Position numbers and translations under genes: made by a program | Shown here: piece by piece, positions 28,771-37,972 of the stretch | Layout: each line of letters starts with the position of its first letter | Position numbering within the stretch: the stretch's first letter is position 1 | Notes under the pieces: model-generated | Database searches by the model: none | What the model was told of the DNA's origin: nothing | What the model saw: only the letters and a program-made list of their open reading frames with translations | Assembly (NCBI GenBank): GCA_902787905.1 | Contig: CADAIF010000001.1 | Coordinates: 1 to 39,932 of the forward strand | DNA: 39,932 nt | Origin: an uncultured Lachnospiraceae bacterium | Lineage (GTDB): Bacteria; Bacillota; Clostridia; Lachnospirales; Lachnospiraceae | Reading direction: 5' to 3'

Positions 28771-30147
28771 ATGTCATGGAAGAAACTGATCGGCACCCGG
28801 GATTTTTACCGGCATCTGCTGATGATCGTGGTGCCTATTATCATACAGAATGCCATCACCAATTTTGTCAGTATGCTGGACAATATCATGGTGGGGCAGA
28901 TCGGGACCGCCCAGATGTCGGGTGTGTCCATCGTCAACCAGTTGGTTTTTGTCTTTAACCTGTGTATTTTCGGGGCCGTGTCCGGGGCAGGGATCTATAC
29001 CGCCCAGTTTTACGGGCAGAGAAATCATGAGGGTGTGCGTTATACCTTCCGTTTCAAGCTGATCCTGGTGGCCCTGGTCTCCGTGATCAGCCTGCTGCTT
29101 TTCCGTTTTTACGGCGACAGTCTGATCCGCATGTATCTGGAGGCAGATGCCGAATCTGCCCAGGCGGAGGCCATCCTGGACAGTGCCAACGCTTATCTGA
29201 AGGTGATCATGGCAGGGCTTCCGGCCTTTGCCGTCATGCAGGCCTACTCGGGCACCTTAAGGGAATCCAACGATACCTTACTGCCCATGAAGGCAGGCAT
29301 CGCGGCGGTCCTGGTCAACCTGGTCTTCAACTATATCCTGATCTTCGGTAAATTCGGGGCCCCGGCCCTGGGCGCGGTGGGCGCGGCGGCGGCCACGGTC
29401 CTCAGCCGTTATGTGGAGCTGGCCATTATCGTCATTTATACCCATACCCACAAAAAGCGCCATCCCTTTATCAGCGGCGCCTTTAAGGGCTTTTATATCC
29501 CCGGCCGTCTGGCGGGGCAGATGCTGATCAAGGGCATGCCCCTGCTGGTCAATGAGACCCTGTGGGCCTCGGCCCAGGCCGCCCTGCTTCAGCAGTACGC
29601 CTTCCGGGGACTGACGGTCATTGCGGCCTACAATATCTCCTCCACCCTGTCCAATGTCTTCAACGTGGGCTTTATTTCCATGGGTTCAGCCATTGCCATT
29701 ATCATCGGCCAGGAGCTGGGGGCAGGGAAGGCGACGGTCCGGGAGGACGCGGCGAAGCTGACCTTCACGGCCGTGGCGGCCTGTGTCGCCATCGGGGCGG
29801 TGATGGCTCTGGCAGCACCGGTTTTTCCGATAATCTACAGGACAGAAGCGGAGGTGCGGGCCCTGGCTTCCCGCTTCATTCTGGTCTCCTCCTGCCTGAT
29901 GCCTCTGTATGCTTACAATAATTCCGCCTATTTTATCGTGCGGTCCGGCGGCAGGACAGTGATCACCTTCCTTCTGGACTCCTGTTTTGTCTGGGCAGTC
30001 ATGGTGCCCACCGCCTATGCTTTGACCCGGTTTACATCTTTAGGGAGCGTGCCCATCCTTTTTCTGACCCAGCTGACGGAGGGGATCAAGGCCGTCATTG
30101 GTCATCAGTTAGTCAGAAGAGGGGTCTGGATACAGAATCTGACCTGA
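28771..30147 (+). CDS. MATE-family efflux transporter
   Basis: A 12-TM protein. PIIIQNAITNFVSMLDNIMVGQIGTAQMSGVSIVNQL is typical of the MATE N-terminus. Start at MSWKKL after GAGGAGAGG. The track start at 28714 lacks an RBS. Confidence 0.9.
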   Translation: MSWKKLIGTRDFYRHLLMIVVPIIIQNAITNFVSMLDNIMVGQIGTAQMSGVSIVNQLVFVFNLCIFGAVSGAGIYTAQFYGQRNHEGVRYTFRFKLILVALVSVISLLLFRFYGDSLIRMYLEADAESAQAEAILDSANAYLKVIMAGLPAFAVMQAYSGTLRESNDTLLPMKAGIAAVLVNLVFNYILIFGKFGAPALGAVGAAAATVLSRYVELAIIVIYTHTHKKRHPFISGAFKGFYIPGRLAGQMLIKGMPLLVNETLWASAQAALLQQYAFRGLTVIAAYNISSTLSNVFNVGFISMGSAIAIIIGQELGAGKATVREDAAKLTFTAVAACVAIGAVMALAAPVFPIIYRTEAEVRALASRFILVSSCLMPLYAYNNSAYFIVRSGGRTVITFLLDSCFVWAVMVPTAYALTRFTSLGSVPILFLTQLTEGIKAVIGHQLVRRGVWIQNLT

Positions 30148-30240
30148 AGGAGTTTGTGAAAACAGTTGATTTGCATCGTGAAGTGTGTTATTCTAAGAGA
30201 CAAATAATTTTGCGTTAAACTGTTAGATAATTAGCACTTT

Positions 30241-30278
30241 GCCGTGGAAGAGCGCGGGCGCTTTTTCACGGCTTTTTT
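30241..30278 (+). terminator. Intrinsic-terminator-like hairpin plus T6, either the MATE terminator or a leader attenuator of the peptide ABC operon
   Basis: gccgtggaagagcg-cggg-cgctttttcacggc forms a 14-bp stem including 2 G-U pairs with a tetraloop, followed by tttttt. It ends 20 nt before the ATG at 30299. Confidence 0.5.
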
Positions 30279-30298
30279 AATGGAAAGCCGGGGATGAT

Positions 30299-31303
30299 AT
30301 GAATCAGTCTGAAACGATTCTGGAGATCAGGGATCTCTGCGTACAATTTAATACTGTGGAAGGAACCGTTCAGGCCATTGATCATCTGAGCTATGAGCTG
30401 CACAAGGGTGAGAAACTGGGGATCGTCGGCGAGAGCGGCAGCGGCAAAAGCGTCAGCTCGCTGGGCATCATGCAGCTGATCCCCAATCCGCCGGGTAAGA
30501 TCACCCAGGGGGAGATCCTTTACAAGGGCCGGGACCTGGTGAAGGTCAGTGAAAAGGAAATGGAAAAGATCCGGGGCAATGAAATCTCCATGATCTTCCA
30601 GGAACCCATGACCAGCCTGAATCCCATCATCAGGTGCGGCAGTCAGATCGCCGAGGCCTTAAGGCTCCACCGGGGTATGAATAAAAAGGAGGCCATGGCT
30701 GAGGCCATCCGGATGATGGCGGCCGTGGGCATCGCCAATCCCGAGGCCCGGGCCTATGAGTATCCGCATCAGATGTCGGGCGGTATGCGCCAGCGTGTCA
30801 TGATCGCCATGGCTCTGGCCTGTCAGCCGCAGATTCTGATCGCGGATGAGCCGACAACGGCCCTGGATGTGACCATTCAGGCCCAGATCCTGGATCTGAT
30901 CCGGGACATGAACCGGCAGATGGACACATCGGTCCTTTTTATCACCCATGACCTGGGTGTGGTCAGCGAGCTTTGCGACAACGTCATTATCATGTATACA
31001 GGACATATCGTGGAGAAGGCGCCGGTACGGGCCCTTTTCAGGGATCCGAAACATCCCTACGCCATGGGCCTGCTTTCCGCGATCCCGAGGATCACCAAAG
31101 ACCGGCCGCCCCTTGAGACCATTGATGGCGCGGTGCCCAATCCGACGGAGAAGATCAGCGGCTGCAGCTTCTGGCCGAGATGTCCCTACGCCGAGGAACG
31201 CTGCAAAGTGCAGGAACCGCCCATGGTTTCCCTCAGCGAGGACAGACAGGTCCGCTGCTTCAGGTACGCGGGCGAAAAGGAGGGTCAGGCAGATGGCGAA
31301 TGA
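30299..31303 (+). CDS. Oligopeptide/dipeptide-type ABC transporter ATP-binding protein (OppD/DppD-like)
   Basis: GESGSGKSV, MSGGMRQRVMIAMAL and ILIADEPTTALD, plus the C-terminal oligopeptide-ABC Cys-rich tail (GCSFWPRCPYAEERC). Confidence 0.9.
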   Translation: MNQSETILEIRDLCVQFNTVEGTVQAIDHLSYELHKGEKLGIVGESGSGKSVSSLGIMQLIPNPPGKITQGEILYKGRDLVKVSEKEMEKIRGNEISMIFQEPMTSLNPIIRCGSQIAEALRLHRGMNKKEAMAEAIRMMAAVGIANPEARAYEYPHQMSGGMRQRVMIAMALACQPQILIADEPTTALDVTIQAQILDLIRDMNRQMDTSVLFITHDLGVVSELCDNVIIMYTGHIVEKAPVRALFRDPKHPYAMGLLSAIPRITKDRPPLETIDGAVPNPTEKISGCSFWPRCPYAEERCKVQEPPMVSLSEDRQVRCFRYAGEKEGQADGE

Positions 31304-32264
31304 AGACAAGGTGCTCGTTAAAGCCGACCATGTCAAAGTCTATTTTAAATTAAGAAATAAAAGGTCCGGCATCGTCCGGGCGGTGGATGATGTTTCCTTC
31401 GATATCATGAAGGGTGAAACCTTCGGCGTCGTCGGAGAGAGCGGCTGCGGCAAGAGTACGCTGGGCCGGGCCCTGATCCGCCTGCTGGATGTGACGGACG
31501 GCCATGTTTATCTGGAGGGCCGGGATATCGCGCCTTTAAAGGGGGCGGACCTGAAGGCCATGCGCAAGGAAGCCCAGATCATCTTCCAGGATCCTTCCGC
31601 CTGTCTGAATCCCAGACGGACCGTGAAGAAGATCCTGATGGAGCCCTTTGAGATCCACGGCCTGAAGGGGCAGATCGATGTGGACCGGCGGATTGAGGAG
31701 CTTCTGCATCTGGTAGGTCTGGATACCTACCATCTGAGCCGCTATCCCCATGAGCTGTCCGGCGGTCAGAAGCAGAGGATCGGCATTGCCAGGGCCCTGG
31801 CCCTGGAGCCCAGGCTCATCATCTGTGATGAGGCGGTCTCTGCGCTGGACGTTTCCGTTCAGGCTCAGGTCCTGAACCTGCTTCAGGAGCTGAAGCAGAA
31901 GCTGGGACTGACCTACTTTTTCATCTCCCACAACCTGAACGTGGTCTACCAGGTCAGCGACCGGGTAGGGGTTATGTATCTGGGCCGGATGGTGGAGATC
32001 GCAAGCTATGATCAGCTTTACGAGAAGCGGTATCATCCCTATACCCAGGCCCTGCTCTCGGCCATTCCTCAGGTAGATGAGGAGGCTCAGACCGAGCGGA
32101 TCCATCTGGAGGGCGAGGTGCCGAGTCCCTCGAATCCCCCATCGGGCTGCCACTTCCATACCCGCTGCCCCAGGGCCTGTGAGCGCTGCAGCCGGGAGGT
32201 GCCGGCGCTGCGTGAGATCGGCGAGGGTCATTTCGTGGCCTGCCATCTTTACGACCAGCAGTAA
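31293..32264 (+). CDS. Oligopeptide/dipeptide-type ABC transporter ATP-binding protein (OppF/DppF-like)
   Basis: [36 protein letters not shown] and [15 protein letters not shown]. True start is MANEDKV at 31293 after AAAAGGAGGG. The long track ORF from 30948 is an out-of-frame overlap with the previous gene. Confidence 0.9.
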   Translation: MANEDKVLVKADHVKVYFKLRNKRSGIVRAVDDVSFDIMKGETFGVVGESGCGKSTLGRALIRLLDVTDGHVYLEGRDIAPLKGADLKAMRKEAQIIFQDPSACLNPRRTVKKILMEPFEIHGLKGQIDVDRRIEELLHLVGLDTYHLSRYPHELSGGQKQRIGIARALALEPRLIICDEAVSALDVSVQAQVLNLLQELKQKLGLTYFFISHNLNVVYQVSDRVGVMYLGRMVEIASYDQLYEKRYHPYTQALLSAIPQVDEEAQTERIHLEGEVPSPSNPPSGCHFHTRCPRACERCSREVPALREIGEGHFVACHLYDQQ

Positions 32265-32342
32265 CATCGGTGATCACGCCGGGATATGACCGGCGTCTCA
32301 TGATAAAGAAAAGAAACAATCAGCATCAGGAGGAAATCAATT

Positions 32343-33992
32343 ATGAAAAGAAAAATGATGGCTCTTGCACTGGGCCTCACCATGGTGCTTGGCATCGCTG
32401 CCTGCGGCGGCGGTTCAAGTGCTCCCGCGTCATCTTCAGCCGCTGAGACCAAGGCAGCCGCTGAGACAGAAGCTGCCGGCGAATCTGCTGAGGGCGGCAA
32501 TACCGTTGTTGTGGCTATGGGTTCCGGTTTCTCAACTCTGGATCCGGGTTATGTTTACGAGAAATACCCGCCCATGATCGTCAATGCCTGTTATGAGACC
32601 CTCTTTAAGTTCTACTCCAATGACGGCGCTGCAGAGCCCAATCTGGTAGATACTTATGAGTTTTCCGAGGACGGTCTGACACTGACCATGACCCTCAAGG
32701 ACGGCATCGTCTTTGCCAGCGGCAATCCCATGACCAGTGCCGATGTGGCCTTCTCCATCAACAGATGTAAGAACCTGCAGGGCAACCCGTCCTTCATCGC
32801 TTCGACCATCGAAAGCATCGAGACCCCCGATGACAAGACCGTCATCTTCCATATGAATCAGGTGGATTCCGCCATCCTGTCCAAGCTGACCTACAGCTCC
32901 ATGTCCGTTCTGGACAGCGAGGTTGTCAAGGCTCAGGGCGGTACAGATGCCGAGGACGCAGCCACAGCTGACACTGCTCAGGATTATCTGAACACCACCA
33001 GCGCAGGCTCCGGCATGTATGTCATGACCAGCTATATCCCGGACCAGGAGATCGTTCTCGAGAAGAACGCCAACTACTGGGGCCAGGCGACCAATGTTGA
33101 CAAGTTCATCGTTAAGATCCAGCCGGATTCCAATACACAGATGATGACCCTGTCCCAGGGTGATATCGATGTCGCCATGAACATGACAGACGACACCATG
33201 GCTGAGCTGGCCGGCAATGAGAACATCACTCTGGTCAATGCACCGACCAAGACCGTGGGCTTCCTGATGATGAACATGGACGAGGCTATCGGCGGTCCGG
33301 TTTCCAATCCGCTGGTCCAGCAGGCCATCCGTAAGGCCATGGACTACACCGGTGTTCAGACCATCTGCGGCGAAGGCGCTGTCACACCTTACTCCATCAT
33401 CCAGGTCGGCTTCATGGGCGCCAAGGGTGAGAGAGCCGCGGATTACCAGAATCTGGACGAGGCAAAGGATCTGCTGAAGCAGGCCGGCTATGAGAACGGC
33501 TTTGACGTAGATCTGGTCGTTACCGATCTGGATATGGAAGGTATCGCTCTGACAGATCTGGCTCAGAAGGTCAAGGACGACCTGGCTCAGATCGGCATCA
33601 ACTGCAATATCGTTTCCTCCGCATGGGCTGCAGGCTACGGCGATGACTACCGTGACGGTAAGCTGGGCTTCACAGTCATGTACTGGGGCACTGATTACAA
33701 CGATCCTAACGTACAGCTTGAGTTCCTGCCGGGCGGCGTGGTAGGTCTGCGCGCAGGCTGGACTGCTGACATGGATCCGGAACTGGCCGGCCTTTTCCAG
33801 GCGGCTATGGAAGCAACTGACGACGCTGACAGGACTGCGGTCCTTGAGGAGATCCAGGACAAGACCTATGAGAACGGTCCCTTCCTGATGATCGCTCAGG
33901 CTCCGGCCCACATCGGCTATAACAACAGACTCGACGGCGTGGCAGTTTCCGATCCCTATGCACTGGATCTGACTCTGATCAACGTAAAATAA
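32343..33992 (+). CDS. Family-5 peptide/nickel ABC substrate-binding lipoprotein
   Basis: Lipobox LGIAAC followed by a Ser/Ala/Glu-rich linker. SBP_bac_5-like body of 549 aa. Confidence 0.88.
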   Translation: MKRKMMALALGLTMVLGIAACGGGSSAPASSSAAETKAAAETEAAGESAEGGNTVVVAMGSGFSTLDPGYVYEKYPPMIVNACYETLFKFYSNDGAAEPNLVDTYEFSEDGLTLTMTLKDGIVFASGNPMTSADVAFSINRCKNLQGNPSFIASTIESIETPDDKTVIFHMNQVDSAILSKLTYSSMSVLDSEVVKAQGGTDAEDAATADTAQDYLNTTSAGSGMYVMTSYIPDQEIVLEKNANYWGQATNVDKFIVKIQPDSNTQMMTLSQGDIDVAMNMTDDTMAELAGNENITLVNAPTKTVGFLMMNMDEAIGGPVSNPLVQQAIRKAMDYTGVQTICGEGAVTPYSIIQVGFMGAKGERAADYQNLDEAKDLLKQAGYENGFDVDLVVTDLDMEGIALTDLAQKVKDDLAQIGINCNIVSSAWAAGYGDDYRDGKLGFTVMYWGTDYNDPNVQLEFLPGGVVGLRAGWTADMDPELAGLFQAAMEATDDADRTAVLEEIQDKTYENGPFLMIAQAPAHIGYNNRLDGVAVSDPYALDLTLINVK

Positions 33993-35012
33993 ATGGAAAG
34001 ACTGAAATTTATAGGTAAACGACTGATCTATCTGGTCGTCATGCTGCTGGGTGTGGCCACCCTGGTCTTTATTCTGACCAAGATGATCCCCGGGGATCCT
34101 ACGGTGGCCAACCTGAGCCAGCGGGCCTTAAACGACCCGGAGATCGTGGCGGCCTTCCGGGCCAAGTACGGCCTGGATAAGCCCATCATTGTGCAGTATT
34201 TCATGTATATCGGAAATCTGCTGCACCTGGATCTGGGAACGTCCATCAGGACCAACAATGCCGTTCTGGCTGAGCTGATGCGATGCTATCCGGCCACGAT
34301 CGAGCTGGCTGTATTTGCCATTATCATCGCGGCTGTCTTCGGCATCCTGTTCGGCGTGATCTCTGCCGTGAAGCGCAACAGCATCATCGACCAGGTGGTG
34401 CGTGCCCTGTCTGTGACAGGCGTCAGCCTGCCCAGCTTCTGGTTCGCATTGCTTGTTCTGTATTTCTTCTACTATAAGCTGAAGATCATGCCCGGCCCCG
34501 GCCGTCTGGCCAACGCCTTTTCGGCCCCGGCCAATGTGACGGGCCTTTACGTGATCGACAGCCTGCTGGAGGGGAATATCCCCAAGATGCTGGATGCTTT
34601 GAAGCATCTGATCCTGCCGGGGACGGTGCTGGCGGCCTTCACCATGGGCCTCATCACCAGGACGACCCGGTCCAATCTGCTGGATGTCATGTCCACCGAT
34701 TATATTCGTACCGCCAGGGCCAAGGGCCTGTCCAGGGTCTCTCTGATCCTGCATCATGCCCTGGGCAACGCGCTGATCCCGGTGCTCACCGTGATCGGTC
34801 TGGGTCTGGGCAATCTTCTGGGCGGCATGGTTCTGGTAGAAACCATCTTCAACTGGCCGGGAGTCGGACAGTTTGCCTATGAATCGGTCATGTCCAACGA
34901 CTTCCCCTCCATTATCGGGGTGGCCCTTCTGATCGCTTTGAACTACATGGTCATCAATACAGTGGTCGATATCCTTTACGGTGTCATCGATCCGAGAGTG
35001 AGGTGTCAGTGA
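33993..35012 (+). CDS. Peptide ABC transporter permease (OppB/DppB-like)
   Basis: N-terminus RLIYLVVMLLGVATLVFILTKMIPGDP and the EAA-type loop YIRTARAKGLS. Confidence 0.9.
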   Translation: MERLKFIGKRLIYLVVMLLGVATLVFILTKMIPGDPTVANLSQRALNDPEIVAAFRAKYGLDKPIIVQYFMYIGNLLHLDLGTSIRTNNAVLAELMRCYPATIELAVFAIIIAAVFGILFGVISAVKRNSIIDQVVRALSVTGVSLPSFWFALLVLYFFYYKLKIMPGPGRLANAFSAPANVTGLYVIDSLLEGNIPKMLDALKHLILPGTVLAAFTMGLITRTTRSNLLDVMSTDYIRTARAKGLSRVSLILHHALGNALIPVLTVIGLGLGNLLGGMVLVETIFNWPGVGQFAYESVMSNDFPSIIGVALLIALNYMVINTVVDILYGVIDPRVRCQ

Positions 35013-35848
35013 TGGGCAGAGCGATCCGTAAGATGTTTAAATCCAATTACCTGTTGACGGCGGGTGTCATCATCTGCCTTTTCTGGATCATCATGGCGAT
35101 CCTGGCTCCGGCCGTGGCGCCCTATGATCCTGTGGCCCAGGACCTGGGCATCAGGCTCCAGGCCCCGTCGGGAGCGCACCTGTTCGGTACGGACAATTTC
35201 GGCAGAGATATCTTCAGCCGCGTGATCTACGGCGGCCGTTATTCCCTGCTGGCCGGTCTTCTGACCGTGGTCATCGCCGGTGCCATCGGCACCTTTTATG
35301 GCGCGATCGCCGGCTATGTGGGCGGTCAGGTGGATAACGTGATGATGCGTTTTTCCGAGATGATCCTGTCCTTCCCGTCCCTGATCCTGGCAATGATCAT
35401 CAATGCGGTCATGGGTTCCAACCTGTTCAATACCATGTTCGCCCTGATCATCGTGGCCTGGCCCACCTATGCCCGTCTGATGCGAAGCGTGGTCCTTTCC
35501 GTCAGGGAAAATGAGTACGTCACGGCCTCTGAGGGCCTGGGCGCGTCCCGCATGCGTATTCTGGTGCGGGAGATCATTCCCAACAGTATCAGCTCGGTCC
35601 TGATCATGGCGACGACGGACATCGGCAATCAGATCCTGATGTTCTCCACCTTAAGCTTCCTTGGCCTGGGTTCCGCTCCGCCGACACCGGAGTGGGGCAT
35701 GATGGTCTCGGACGGCGTGGATTACTTCAATAAGTTCTGGGTCGCCGGCTTCCCGGGCCTTGCCATTTTCACCATGGCTGTGGGCGCCAACTTTATCGGC
35801 GACGGTCTGCGGGACCTGCTGGATCCCAGACTGAGAAAACAGTTCTGA
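35012..35848 (+). CDS. Peptide ABC transporter permease (OppC/DppC-like)
   Basis: HLFGTDNFGRDIFSRVIYG and YVTASEGLGAS motifs. The ATG at 35012 overlaps the upstream TGA (GTGATGG) after GAGGTG. Confidence 0.9.
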   Translation: MGRAIRKMFKSNYLLTAGVIICLFWIIMAILAPAVAPYDPVAQDLGIRLQAPSGAHLFGTDNFGRDIFSRVIYGGRYSLLAGLLTVVIAGAIGTFYGAIAGYVGGQVDNVMMRFSEMILSFPSLILAMIINAVMGSNLFNTMFALIIVAWPTYARLMRSVVLSVRENEYVTASEGLGASRMRILVREIIPNSISSVLIMATTDIGNQILMFSTLSFLGLGSAPPTPEWGMMVSDGVDYFNKFWVAGFPGLAIFTMAVGANFIGDGLRDLLDPRLRKQF

Positions 35849-36023
35849 TGATTTTTATGAAACAGCGGCACTTTAAAAGCCTTTTTCCGGGGCTTTTAAG
35901 GTGCCTTTTTGCTTCCGGGGCTGTCAGATTCCGGAAAATACCTGTCATATTTTGCCGAAAAGGCGCCAAAGCCTGTCTGAATATGGCGAAATATGGGCTG
36001 TGTCCCCACATTTACGGCTAAAC

Positions 36024-36052
36024 TTGCCTTTTTAAGCCCTGCGTGCTATACT
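36024..36052 (+). promoter_or_regulatory. Promoter TTGCCT-17-(TGc)TATACT for the 3D-domain protein gene
   Basis: The hexamers, 17-nt spacer and extended -10 TG were read directly. The -10 ends 37 nt before the ATG. Confidence 0.5.
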
Positions 36053-36089
36053 AAATAGACCTATTTGGCTAGAAAAAAAGGAGAATTCT

Positions 36090-37961
36090 ATGGGAAAGAG
36101 ATATACAGCCTGGCTTCTGGCTCTGTGTCTGACACTTGCCTGTCCCCTGACGGTTTTTGCTGATGAGGCAAATGAGACTGTTGTGATGGCAGAGGCCGAA
36201 GCTGAGGGCGGCGAGGCGGAGGAAGCCTCGGAAGCGGCAGAAACCCAGGCGCCGGAAACCCAGGCCCCTGAGACCCAGGCCCCGGAAACCCAGGCGCCGG
36301 AAACTCAGGCCCCGGAAACCCAGGCGCCGGAGACAAAGACACCGGAGACAAAGGCCCCGGAGACGAAGCAGCCGGAAACCTCAGAGACTTCTCCGGGCAA
36401 GTCCGGAGAGAGTGAAAGCGAGCAGGAGACGGAGGAAGAGGAAGCGTCCACATCGGTGGAGGGCGTGCCCGTGCGTGCCCCGTCGGATATCGAGCTGAGC
36501 CGCTACGTCAACTCTGTTTTTATGAGGACTGTAGCCAAGCAGCCTTTTTACACCTTAAAGGACCTGGACATTCTGGAAGAGAAAAAGGATGACGCCAGGA
36601 CGGTGGGCAGGCTGCCGGCGGGCGGTGTCTGTTATAAGCTGGCCCTGGCCGGCGACGGCTGGCTCTTCGTGGAGTCCGGCACGGTCCGCGGTTTTGTCCG
36701 TCTTAAGGCGCTGACCAGAACCATGCCGGTGGCTGAAGAGGCCCCCGGTGCGCTGAACGGTGAATTGTCAACGGATCATCTCTGGTCCGCGCTGACACCG
36801 GTGGCCCGGCAGGCGGAGGAAGTCCTGCCTCCCAGGGAGAATAAGGCCCTCCTCTTTACCCGCACGACCACAAGACCGGTCGTCACAGCGCCTGAATACG
36901 CTCTGGCCGCCGAGGATACGGCAATCCTGGAAAACACTTATGATCCGGCTCAGGAGGACGCCGAAAAGCCGAGAACGATCGGCAGTCTGAAGGCCGGCGG
37001 TCTGGTCTGCGTCCTGGAGACGACGGATGAAAACTGGGTGTATGTCTGCTCCGGCACGGTCCGTGGTTACGCCTTAAAGGCGCAGCTGACCATGGGGGCC
37101 GAAGCGGCGGCTCAGGTGGAGGAAAAGGGCGCGGGCAGCTTTGCCCTGGCCGATGAAAAGGTGCCTGCCGAGGAGAACGCGGCCTTTTATGACAGCTTCA
37201 GAAGTCTGGTCAGCGGCGTGCCCCATATGAAGGCCGGAGAGGCGGCAGCCCGGCTGGCTCTGGACTGTGTCGGCATGTCCGGCAGCGCTTTTTCAGGCAG
37301 CCCGGAAAGCTTTGTGAATGCTGTGTACGCGGCCTTTGACGGTGCCCCTGACGGCGATGCTGCCGACCCGGAATCCTACGCTTCGGCAGGAGAGAAGGGC
37401 AGCCTTCAGACGGCCGGCGACCTGGTGGTCTTTTCCAGAGAGCTTCGTTCCGATGATCCGGAGACGGAGGAGGATGAGACTCTCAGCCGCATCAGCGCCG
37501 GCGTGGCCGTCGGCGACGGCAGCCTGGTCTATGCATCGGACGAAGGCATTCAGAGGCTTGCCGAGGATGATTTTGAACTGATCGCGGCCCGCAGCCTGAT
37601 TGATAAGACCATGGTGATCCCGGCCAGCACGGATGTCCACGAGGACAATGCGCCCGAGGAGAGCTACGGCAAGTATCTGGGCAATTTCGCCCTGACCTAT
37701 TACTGCCCCTGCGCCCAGTGCTGTGACGTGGCCACCGGCCAGACGTCCACAGGCGTGATCGCATCTCAGGGCGAGACCATCGCCGTGGATCCCAGTGTGA
37801 TCCCCTACGGCAGTCTGGTCATCGTCAACGGACATATCTTTAAGGCTCAGGATACCGGCGGCGGCATCAGAGGCAATCACATCGATATCTATCTGACGGA
37901 GCACAGCGGTACCCTGCAGCAGAGTATTGTGACAGCGGAAGTTTATTTACTGAAAGATTAA
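36090..37961 (+). CDS. Secreted cell-wall-associated protein: signal peptide, acidic APETQ repeats, two SH3b-like domains, a degenerate NlpC/P60-like region and a C-terminal 3D domain
   Basis: Signal peptide ...CPLTVFA/DE. SH3b-like GRLPAGGVCYKL..DGWLFVESGTVRGFV and GSLKAGGLVCVLE..ENWVYVCSGTVRGYA. The C-terminus YYCPC..C......TSTG......TIAVDPSVIPYGS.V.....F.AQDTGGGIRGNHIDIY is a 3D / MltA-like fold. Confidence 0.8.
   Translation: MGKRYTAWLLALCLTLACPLTVFADEANETVVMAEAEAEGGEAEEASEAAETQAPETQAPETQAPETQAPETQAPETQAPETKTPETKAPETKQPETSETSPGKSGESESEQETEEEEASTSVEGVPVRAPSDIELSRYVNSVFMRTVAKQPFYTLKDLDILEEKKDDARTVGRLPAGGVCYKLALAGDGWLFVESGTVRGFVRLKALTRTMPVAEEAPGALNGELSTDHLWSALTPVARQAEEVLPPRENKALLFTRTTTRPVVTAPEYALAAEDTAILENTYDPAQEDAEKPRTIGSLKAGGLVCVLETTDENWVYVCSGTVRGYALKAQLTMGAEAAAQVEEKGAGSFALADEKVPAEENAAFYDSFRSLVSGVPHMKAGEAAARLALDCVGMSGSAFSGSPESFVNAVYAAFDGAPDGDAADPESYASAGEKGSLQTAGDLVVFSRELRSDDPETEEDETLSRISAGVAVGDGSLVYASDEGIQRLAEDDFELIAARSLIDKTMVIPASTDVHEDNAPEESYGKYLGNFALTYYCPCAQCCDVATGQTSTGVIASQGETIAVDPSVIPYGSLVIVNGHIFKAQDTGGGIRGNHIDIYLTEHSGTLQQSIVTAEVYLLKD
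36240..36374 (+). repeat. Nine tandem copies of a 15-bp coding repeat (ETQAP / ETKxP)
   Basis: gaaacccaggcgccg-type units were read directly. The first six encode ETQAP and the last three ETK(T/A/Q)P. Confidence 0.9.
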
Positions 37962-37972
37962 GGAGGCGGCAT

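Noticed and set aside
30659-32267. Minus-strand ORFs of 225 and 243 aa across the two ABC ATPase genes, and the 438-aa plus-strand ORF starting at 30948
   Set aside because: The antisense frames are shadow ORFs. The 438-aa ORF is the OppF-like gene with a spurious 115-codon Arg/Pro-rich extension that overlaps the OppD-like gene out of frame. The real start (31293) has a strong RBS.
32532-33911. A 459-aa minus-strand ORF antisense to the substrate-binding lipoprotein gene
   Set aside because: It is a shadow ORF. The plus strand has a lipobox and SBP-family body, and the antisense product is a repetitive D/G/H/V/L-rich sequence.
35874-35898. A weak hairpin (aaaagcc/ggctttt) after the last permease gene, considered as a terminator
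   Set aside because: The stem is only 7 bp and AT-rich, with a 9-nt loop. That is too weak to call from sequence alone, so it is left unannotated.
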